A DNA stretch of 64,000 bases from Octopus sinensis (lineage: Eukaryota). The DNA is taken from contig NW_021835994.1 in NCBI RefSeq assembly GCF_006345805.1, forward strand, positions 137,843 through 201,842, given 5' to 3'. Below are positions 26,001 through 36,175 of this stretch, one piece after another; the first letter of the stretch is position 1, and every line of letters begins with the position of its first letter. The notes under the pieces are model-generated. The model saw only the letters and a program-made list of their open reading frames with translations, was not told the origin of the DNA and ran no database searches. The position numbers were made by a program, and so were the translations under genes.

Positions 26001-27907
26001 CCATACAACTGGTTTTTTAGTAGTAGTTAAACCAGTCGACGGATTAAAATGCATTACCTTAAAATTGTACCCATCCTCTCCTCTCGGAAATAATAATGGG
26101 TACTGAAGTGCATCATATGACCGATGTGTCTCTGAAATTCTCATTAATCCAGTGGATCTCTTGTTTATTATTATGTCTCTCGAGTCATAGTGTTGACCTA
26201 CTATTAGAATTCCAACCTGGTTTGACGTTGGTGCGTTGTATCGACGGTTATGTTCATTTGCAGGTGTCCTATCTGCATGTATAATTACCTTACAATCTTC
26301 ATCTGCTGTGGATCTCAGAACAGATCTAAAAGATGAAATATACGTGTTGCACATTTGCAACATATTTTTAACGAACTAATAATGTTGCCTCGTAGTCTTG
26401 AATCTGCTAGACATCTTCGGTTAGATTGTTCTTCGTGATTATCTATAAAGTAAATTTGTAAAAATTTAAAATCCTCGCCTTCACTTGGAAGGAGTGAACC
26501 CATCCTGTGATACACTTGCCCAAGTACCTTAAATGTGGGCATATAGCCCGTCGGATTGAAATTTCCACTTGTACCAAAAGATGTCATCTGAAAAACATTA
26601 TTGTACCTGCGAATATTATCAACGAAGTGCCTAGATGATGGTGTATCATTCCTCAACAGTGTTAAAAGAGGCTCAGGAGGCGGGTCTAAAACTGGTAAAC
26701 GTACCTTTCCGCGACTGCAGCACATTCCGATAGTTTCCCCCTTAAATTTCATAGCTAAACAAAAAGTACATATCTCCGTTAAAGCACCTATATTACCTAA
26801 ATCACTATAGTCAGTGTGTATATTATAACTAAATCCTACGTTTACCAAAGATATATAATTATATAACCTACTATTCCGTCGTGAAACGCGATGACGATTT
26901 TCAGCATTATGCTCATTCTGGGTTTGTTGGTTCCTTCTTTCTGTATTTCTTCTTGTGTTTTGATTCAGTCGATGTTCCCTCTGGTCTTCGGGCTCCTGGT
27001 CCCGTCTAACAGCAGTCCTGACCTTGTCCAGCTGTTGTCTAAGTTCCCTCTGGTCTTCAGGCTCCTGGTCCCGTCTAACAGCAGTCCTGACCCTATCCAG
27101 CTGTTGTCTAAGTTCCCTCTGGTCTTCGGGCTCCTGTTCCCGTCTAACAGCAGTCCTGACCTTGTCCAGCTGTTGTCTAAGTTCCCTCTGGTCTTCAGGC
27201 TCCTGGTCCAGTCTAACAGCAGTCCTGACCCTATCCAGCTGTTGTCTAAGTTCCCTCTGGTCTCCGGGCTCCTGTTCCCGTCTAACAGCAGTCCTGACCC
27301 TATTCAGCTGTTGTCTAAGTTCCCTCTGGTCTTCAGGCTCCTGGTCCAGTCTAACAGCAGTCCTGACCCTATCCAGCTGTTGTCTAAGTTCCCTCTGGTC
27401 TCCGGGCTCCTGTTCCCGTCTAACAGCAGTCCTGACCCTATTCAGCTGTTGTCTAAGTTCCCTCTGGTTTTCGGGCTCCTGCTCCCTTCTAATCCCAGTC
27501 CTGACCTTGTCCCGCTGTTGTCTAAGTTCCCTCTGGTCTTGGGGCTCCTGGTCCCGTCTAGCAGCAGTCCTGACCTTGTCCAGCTGTTGTCTAAGTTCCC
27601 TCTGGTCTTCGGGCTGCTGGTCCCGTCTAGCAGCAGTCCTGACCTTGTCCAGCTGTTGTCTAAGTTCCCTCTGGTCTTCGGGCTCCTGGTCCCGTCTAAC
27701 AGCAGTCCTGACCCTGTCCAGCTGTTGTCGAACTTCCTTTTGATTCTGTGTCTCTTCAGACCTTTTCCTAGCCATTCTCAACCTATTTTTTTCTCGTCTA
27801 AATTTTGCCATTTCAGAACTCTCATTTGACCTCTTAACTGGCATTCTAATTCGCTTACTTAAACTAACGCATATATCATCGTGACTATAGTGTCTTGAAT
27901 TAGCCAA
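23058..27907 (-). CDS. Helitron Rep/helicase (RepHel), split by single-base frameshifts and 3'-truncated
   Basis: ORFs 26315-27907, 25980-26363, 23917-26004, 23426-23878 and 23058-23408. Motifs: CC..G zinc site, PDLFITFTCNP, VEWQKRGLPHIH (HUH), YVCKYINKG (Y2), APGGTGKT (Walker A), IVWDE, GDFRQ. Breaks off after LCNGTRLV. Confidence 0.93.
26972..27735 (-). repeat. 69-bp coding tandem repeat (11 units) encoding 23-aa STPR-like modules
   Basis: Unit EPEDQRELRQQLDKVRTAVRRDQ; units 5-6 and 7-8 form an identical 46-aa dimer. Confidence 0.92.
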
Positions 27908-29351
27908 ATCTACATTTATTAATTTACGTTTTGCGCTATATAGATCATCTAAAACCTGTGTATTTCCAGAATATTCTATGTTCGTTAATCTGGAATCTGT
28001 TTCGACGTACTATAAAATAATTTACAGTTCATGTATTAATACCTTTCTAACATTCGGGTTTTCATTTAGACGATTTGGAAGATTAACTTCTGTAATGCTT
28101 GATACACTGGCATTACCTCCACCTAGACCTACCTTACCTACACTGCCTACGCCTATATTAACTACACCTACATCATCTACACCTACACAAACTACATTTA
28201 CCGCCTCACCATTTAAGCACATTTCATCTTTATTACTCCCCCCAATCTCCCCTCGTTTCTCTTTTTTTGTTATATGGTCCATTTTCTCTTGTTTGTTAAC
28301 ATTCTCAGATCTCTCTTGATAGGACATTCTTATGATTTTGTAAACGCGAATCAGTAATTTATATTAAATTTCTACGTAAATTTATTTAGTGAAATTTATG
28401 TAAAGTGTATTATCCAATCAAAGCCATTATACTTAATTGCCTCTATGTTTAAAGGAATTGAAACTTTAGCATAATCGAACTTGTCTGTTTCGGTGAAGAA
28501 AATGATAATCAGCCTCATCTTTGTGGTATTATACAGAAAAAAATTAAAGCCTGTTAAATCAAGGAGATTTAAATATAGGCAAATTGAAATTTACATGGCT
28601 AATTTGAATTTTATTTGCCTCTATCTTTTAAGGAATCTAAACAGTAGCATAATCGAATTTGTCAGTTTCGGCAGTTAAAAAGATAATGAGCCTCATCTTT
28701 GTGGAAAAACATCTAAGCCCGTCAAAGTAATCTGAATAAAGGCAAATGTAATTTAGATGACTAATTTATTGAATAAAGGTAAATGTAATTTAGATGACTA
28801 ATTTGAATTTTAATTGGCTCTATCTTTTAAGGCATTTAAACATTAGCATTATCGACTTTGTTAAATTGCATAAATTCATTATTAAATTTCTAAATTATTT
28901 GACTGGAAGGGATTATATATTTAATTGGTATGCAATTCTATTCAGATTGCCTCTTTTGGCTGGAAGGGATTATATATTAAATTTGCTATGCAATTCTATT
29001 CAAATTGCCTCTAACATAAACAGGCCTTAAAGCTTTTTTTAAATTGAACATGTAAATTTTGGCGATCGAAAACAGTAATTAGCTTCATCTTTTGTGTATT
29101 ATAAGGAAGAAGAGTACAGATAGTCAATTCAAGGTAATTTATAAATGGCAATTTGTAATTTAGATGTCTAATATGAACGAATATCATTAAAAAAATATTT
29201 TAGAAAAAATACGTTATTAAATTTTTAAAGTACAAAATTGGTTTTTCTTTATTGTTGTTCATTTTTTTTATCTGTTTGCATTGTTTTCATTTGATTTTAA
29301 GTTTTGCATTTTTTAATGTTTTTTGGTATATATAATTTTTTGTGCATTTTT

Positions 29352-30665
29352 TAAGTCGAGGACTTTCTTGTTGTTCATTTTAACAAAAACGCAGAAAATA
29401 ATTTTGTTTAATTTTTTGGCTCGAAGGTTTTGGGGGACCACACCATGTGAGTCGAGGACTTTCTTATTGTTCATTTTAACAAAAACGCAGAAATAATTTT
29501 TTTTAATTTTTTGGCTTGAAGGTTTTGGGGGACCACATCATGTGAGTCGAGGACTTTCTTGTTGTTCATTTTAACAAAAACGCAGAAAATAATTTTTTTT
29601 AATTTTTTGGCTTGAAGGTTTTGGGGGACCACATCATGTGAGTCGAGGACTTTCTTGTTGTTCATTTTAACAAAAACGCAGAAAATAATTTTTTTTAATT
29701 TTTTGGCTTGAAGGTTTGGGGGACCACATCATGTGAGTCGAGGACTTTCTTGTTGTTCATTTTAACAAAACGCAGAAAATAATTTTTTTTAATTTTTTGG
29801 CTGAAGGTTTTGGGGGACCACATCATGTGAGTCGAGGACTTTCTTGTTGTTCATTTTAACAAAAACGCAGAAAATAATTTTTTTTAATTTTTTGGCTTGA
29901 AGGTTTGGGGACCACATCATGTGAGTCGAGGACTTTCTTGTTGTTCATTTTAACAAAAACGCAGAAAATAATTTTTTTAATTTTTTGGCTTGAAGGTTTT
30001 GGGGGACCACATCATGTGAGTCGAGGACTTTCTTGTTGTTCATTTTAACAAAAACGCAGAAAATAATTTTTTTTTAATTTTTTGGCTTGAAGGTTTTGGG
30101 GGACCACATCATGTGAGTCGAGGACTTTCTTGTTGTTCATTTTAACAAAAACGCAGAAAATAATTTTTTTTAATTTTTTGGCTTGAAGGTTTTGGGGACC
30201 ACATCATGTGAGTCGAGGACTTTCTTGTTGTTCATTTTAACAAAAACGCAGAAAATAATTTTTTTTAATTTTTTGGCTTGAAGGTTTTGGGGGACCACAT
30301 CATGTGAGTCGAGGACTTTCTTGTTGTTCATTTTAACAAAAACGCAGAAAATAATTTTTTTTAATTTTTTGGCTTGAAGGTTTTGGGGGACCACATCATG
30401 TGAGTCGAGGACTTTCTTGTTGTTCATTTTAACAAAAACGCAGAAAATAATTTTTTTTAATTTTTTGGCTTGAAGGTTTGGGGGACCACATCATGTGAGT
30501 CGAGGACTTTCTTGTTGTTCATTTTAACAAAAACGCAGAAAATAATTTTTTTAATTTTTTTGGCTTGAAGGTTTTGGGGGACCACATCATGTGAGTCGAG
30601 GACTTTCTTGTTGTTCATTTTAACAAAAACGCAGAAAATTGACTTGAAGGTTTTGGGGGACCTCA
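29352..30665. repeat. 96-bp tandem satellite, type B (~14 units)
   Basis: Same unit as 1262-1925, located just inside the Helitron 5' end. Confidence 0.95.
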
Positions 30666-31501
30666 TCATCGAGGATATTCTTTCTTATTAAAATTTTTGA
30701 CAGGAAGGTTCTTAGAGGATATCAACCTTTTATTGTGCCTCATTATCGAATAACTACAAAAGGGAAGGTTTTGACAATTTTGATCTGGTTTGTAACAATT
30801 TGAATGTGGGTGTGCACAGACAGACAGACACACAGACAGACACACACCATACCATTTTATTATTAAGAGCTCGAAGGTTTTGGGGGGACCACACCATGTG
30901 AGTCGAGGACTTTCTTATTGTTCATTTTAACAAAAACGCAGAAAATAATTTGTTTTTAATTTTTTGACTTGAAGGTTTTGGGGGACCTCATCGTCGAGGA
31001 TATTCTTTCTTATTAAAATTTTTTGACAGGAAGGTTCTTAGAGGATATCAACCTTTTATTGTGCCTCATTATCGAATAACTACAAAAGGGAAGGTTTTGA
31101 CAATTTGATCTGGTTTGTAACAATTTGAATGTGGGTGTGCACAGACAGACAGACACACAGACAGACAGACACACACCATACCATTTTATTATTAAGATAC
31201 GCGACGAACCTATCAGAACAGAGTTAGTGGAAAATTAATTTAGAATGTTTAATCATGTTCGAAAAATACATTATTTAGTATTATTTTTTAAACAGTTTCT
31301 ATATAGCTTTTATATTTTGTATATCGGATTTTGATAAGAATCATCATTGATGACTCCAATTATAAACTACATAAAACACAGTGAAATAAAAATACAAAAT
31401 GACAAATAACCCATCTAAAAAAGTGCCCGCAATACTGCAATGAGTAAAAATACATAACTATCAATTTCAAATATAAAATGATTTTATTACTGAAAAGTCA
31501 A

Positions 31502-33267
31502 TCACCAGGTTTTACTCCATAAAAAATGATGGACTCGCTTACTAATAACAGGCCCAACTCTTCTACACAATCACAAGTTGATAAAACCGTCTCCCATCTG
31601 AAATATTAGCCAACATGGACAGTCGACTGTCATCATCTGGACAAGACCGATATGCCTCAATCAACCTCCCAACACTGCCATACTTCGTGGCGATCGCGGA
31701 ACTCTTCATGACCGACATTCCTTCCACCTGACACAACACCATCGTCAGCATTGCAGACCCGGATATGTCCTCCAATATACCAATACCACTACTATCGATT
31801 TCCCAAAACGGCGGGAAAAATCTGAAAATGAATAGAATATTGCATCTTCTTTCCCGCGCTTTTCCAATACTTGTTCAATCGGCTTCACGTGGATGTCGAC
31901 TCCCTGCAATGTGGGATGGGAATACCCTAAATTGACTGCTCAGGTGACTGTGGACGGTCTTGAGCAACCTGGCAGTGGAAACTGAGTTGAATGTGCGATA
32001 AACACGAATTTGGTCGATGATCAACAAATAGAGAGGGAATATACTTGTATGTTACATATGGCCTGTTGGAGAGAGGACGAGTTGAGTGAGCAGTAGAGTG
32101 CCCCTTTTCTACCATCCTCGACCACATACATTATATTCCTAATTCCTGTCGTTTTGAGGCGATGCTGTCATTTAGTCCTGTCCAATACCTTCTGCTCGTG
32201 GAGACGTCCGTCAATTATGGAGGAGGCAAGGTCGTCAATTCGTTTCCTCTCCACAATAAAATCAAGCACCACATCGTCATCATCTATTATATATTTAAAT
32301 ATATATTTAAACAAATATTTAAATAAATAAACAAATTAATTAATTACTCACGTGGACACACAGGTTGCTCAGAATGCCTTGAATACACCCACAAATAATC
32401 CCCCACAACCAGTTTGGTGACACAGTAGTCAATACTGGCCAACTCCCGGAAGAGCTGTTCATTCCGATTCCCACAGAACTCACAATTATCCACGTACAAC
32501 ACAATCCGCCCTCCCTCACTCGAATGCACTACCGTCCTCTCCCCTCCTGTCAACTCACTCGACTGAGCCCCCGAGCCCGCCAAATCTATTTCCGCGCTGA
32601 TGGTTGACCACAGTCTGGTCCCTTGTGGTGTCAGGCAGTACCTTAAATATACAAAATGATATATTTTCACTCAGTTGCTGTTTTTTTCCCGACGACTTTT
32701 AATTTTAGTAAATTTTTCATAGATTTCCATATTTCTGAGTCGTCTATTATTTAAATAAATAAATATACCAATGTTGTCGACGTGGGTGATGTACTTTTTC
32801 GATCTTTGAATAAGAACAGCCTTAGTTGCTCGATCATTCTCGTTGTTCTACATTGACAGAAAGAAAAAAACCTCAGTTAAAGCCATTATTAAGCCATAAC
32901 CGGCAGATCCCTCAGAATATGACGACACTGGGCGAGTTGGTTTGCAAGGATTTGTAGTCCTTGTTGTCTCAGGATTTGTCTGTGCCAGTCTTTGGTCGAC
33001 CATTGCACACAATTTAGGTCCAAAACCCTCCAGGATTTTACAATCGTTGCCTGACTTGATTCGGATAGGGAATTTCCTTAGGGAGGCTGCGGCCTATTGG
33101 AATAGATGTTAGGTTAGTACTTTTCTGTATATAAACTTTGACATGAGTCCATCTTTGGAGGATTGGTCTTGTAGTTCTTTAAGCCATTTAAGGATATCAA
33201 CGTTGGGATTTTTGTTTATTTTTACTTTTCTTATTTTGTTATCAACAGGAGCACCACCTGACTCCAT
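31502..33267 (-). CDS. MUS81: MUS81 structure-specific endonuclease, multi-intron
   Basis: N-terminal HhH ([12 protein letters not shown]...LEGFGPKLC), winged helix (RYCLTPQG), ERCC4 core ([28 protein letters not shown]) and C-terminal HhH ([15 protein letters not shown]). Introns include 33094-33120, 32848-32871, 32744-32768, 32642-32670, 32284-32347 and 32165-32188. Confidence 0.9.
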
Positions 33268-33584
33268 TTTTTAAATATTTTATTTATTACGAGATTAGTA
33301 AGGCCAATTATATTATTAAAAGAATTAAAAATAATTGGTATATTAAAAAACCAGAAATGAATTAAATTAATATATTTTATATAAAAGAAAATTATTTATA
33401 TATGGAAAATTTGTTTAAAAAAGGCAGTCTGTCTTTCCCTCCATTTTTTGCTGAGATGTAAAAATGGATGGTTAACCATTAAAAATCAAATCACATTTTT
33501 GATGAGGAAACACATTTTCTTTCATTTTCGAAGAGAAAACAAAATTTTTTGAACTCTCCTTTGCCTCATTCGTCGTCCCTACAA

Positions 33585-35096
33585 TCAAAACCCCCTCAAA
33601 CTCTCAATTTTAGCACTCATCTCCTCCCTCTCGTACTTCCTCACCAACGACCTCATCCATTTGTGTTTGAGGGCACTGCAGGGGGTCATCCTCCGTGCTG
33701 GATCCCACCTAAATTGATGAATAACGTCATCACAACTCGAGACATTTGGCTATAAAATCGACAAAATCGTGTCGTTTGAGCCGACAGCAGACGCGAGAGA
33801 TTTGGAGGCGGGTTTGGACTTTCTTCTGCACTTGGAGGTGACAGTCAGTTTGTTATTTGAATCTAAACTCATTTTGTATATTTGACCAAAAAAATAGCTT
33901 TTCCTGGAAGAATTGGCAATCATGTGAGTGGGCGGGTAGTCGAGAATCTGAATTATGTAAGACAATTGTTCGTGCTCGTTCTCCCCGGGAAGAGTGGATT
34001 CCCCGTGTACAATTCCGCAAGGATGCACCCGAGACTCCACATGTCAATCAACGTGGAATACGGAATCCCCAGGATCACTTCCGGGGCTCGGTAGAACCGG
34101 GACTGGATGTAGGAAAACACTAATATCAACAGGACTGACCAACATCGTTTATCCTCGTGACAACTTGACCCAAAGTCAATTATTTTGCATTTGCTTTGGC
34201 TGTTTTTGAGTAGTAGAATGTTCTCCTGTGGGTTGAGTAAGGGGGATACGGGTTTGAGGTCACAGTGGATGATTTTCTCCTTGTAGAGCAAGACCAGGCT
34301 TTGGAGAATGTGGTAGTTCAGTTTCCGAATTGTGCCCAAACTCATCCCTCCAAAGTTATTTCTTTTCAAAGCTTCGTATAAACTTGTTCTAAACACTAAA
34401 AACTCCCCAAAAACCCCAAAAGTTCAAAACAAATGCACAAATGATTACGAAAGTAAAAATACTCGTTCATGTGGACAACATTGTACAAATTTTTGGTGTC
34501 CTTTCGTAAAATTTTGTCCAACATTTCCACCTCCATCAACGCCTGTTGGTGGAATCTACCCTCGTCAGGAGAACTGACCTTCGTTTGTTGCGAATAAGTT
34601 TAACTGCCACTGTGCGGTCTAATTTGTGGTCGTGGCATTTGAGGACCTGCCCGAAGGACCCTTTTCCTAATTCCTCGATGACTTGGAATCGGTAGTGGAG
34701 GTGGTCGTTGATGGTCTGTTGGCGGGGACGGAATACTTTTATGTAAAATCCCTGCTCGTTGTCAAATCCGTTGTTGTTTTTGAACTCGTTTGTTTCCCGT
34801 TTGCTCGCATTTGACCCAAAATACCAAATTTGTTTGTATTTGAGTATTTCCGACTGCTCGAATGTGGTCAACTTGTTTCCAAAATGGAGCAAGCAGTCTA
34901 CTTTAAATATTATTTCCAGACCTTCCCCGCTCATTGGGAGTTGGGCCCTGCTCGGCATTGGTGTGTTGCTGACTCTGCCTTGGAGAGACATTTTTCGGTT
35001 TGTTTTTTGAGTCCTGTCCACACGTTGTTTAATCTCGGGGAGAACGGTTCTGTCGGAAGAGATTTTGTTATGATTCAACCAGTTATGTTTATCCAT
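33585..35096 (-). CDS. DYRK4: Class-2 DYRK kinase, most similar by recall to DYRK4; multi-intron
   Basis: DH box [57 protein letters not shown] and WDPARRMTP. Introns of 21-28 nt. A few homopolymer frameshifts; start and stop are approximate (a further 23-nt intron could extend the C-terminus). Confidence 0.85.
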
Positions 35097-36175
35097 AAAA
35101 AGGGAGACTATCAATATAATCCGAAATAACAGCACATAATAATTAGAATAAATATATATTACCCTATCGATCAGCTTGCTTTGATGGCTTAAAATGCTGG
35201 CAATCGATTCAATGTCACAATTCCCCTTTGTTCTTGTAAGTAGGATTTATACTATTGTTGACCTTTGTGTATTATTTTTATTAGAGTTATTCTTTTGGTT
35301 ATATATTCTAATAAATTATGTTGGTTGAATTAATTATGTGAATTTTAATCATTAAATAATAATTAATTTTAATAATTTAGGTCGACGTGGGGTAAAGTAA
35401 TGATCCCTCGATTTATATCATTTCCGAGAGTAATTTCTAATCATTTTTAAAAAACAAGTTTATTTCGAACGGTCAAATTAAAAAAATGAAGAAATACTGC
35501 CTCATCTCTGCAAGTGACGAATATTACAAATCTGTAATAATCAAGTACGAGCGATTATGCAGTCGTTTGTCCGAGGTGGACACCAAGGGGGTGGAACCCA
35601 TGTGTTTTCCCAACGAAGACGAATTGTGTTCCGAATATATTCCATTCTAGGGTCGCCACTCTGAGATCAGACTCCGAGATCAATGATATTGATAAAAGTA
35701 TAATATTCAAAAACACAAAAAATTCTGTCCACGATTATTTTGTAGTTAAAAAGTAATTTAAATAATATTAATTCCAAACATTTTTCTATTAATTTGTTTT
35801 TGTGCTTTTCTTGGGAATCTTTCATATTGCCTTGTTAAATGATTAAAGTCGAATAATAAAAATAAATTTATTTTGGACCGTACAACGTATCCGTGCTTAC
35901 AGGAAACGAAAGTAAAAGATGGATTAGACAGAATCAATTTACGCCTGATTCTGTGCCCCACTGAACAGTTGGAGTAAAACCGAATTAACTTTGTGATAAA
36001 CTTTTTATCCAGGTTTGGATGATCACGACCGGTTACATTTTACCATGAAAAATTTCAATTTAACCTTGAACAAATCATCCTATTTTAATCATTAAAGATT
36101 AATGTATTTTTATTTAAAATCTGATTTATTTTGAACCAATAATAAATTAATAGTTAATCAAAAACTAAGCAGATC

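Larger units (their letters stand above)
21956..31197 (-). mobile_element. Helitron (subfamily B), 9.24 kb, rearranged near-autonomous copy
   Basis: 5' TC at 31197 and 3' CTAG at 21956. The empty site AAGAA^TACGCG is visible in the duplicated block at 59378/59379, showing A^T insertion with no TSD. Confidence 0.96.

Noticed and set aside
23058-26363. RepHel, DYRK and MUS81 frameshifts as programmed recoding or true pseudogenisation
   Set aside because: Most lie in homopolymers and differ between duplicate copies, consistent with long-read consensus error; this cannot be resolved without reads.
26891-27829. 312-aa and 239-aa plus-strand ORFs
   Set aside because: Antisense shadows of the stop-free 69-bp coding repeat.
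29352-30665. CRISPR-like appearance of the regular arrays (also 1262-1925, 3118-3650, 20180-21165)
   Set aside because: Whole units are repeated with no unique spacers, there are no cas genes, and the context is a eukaryotic Helitron.
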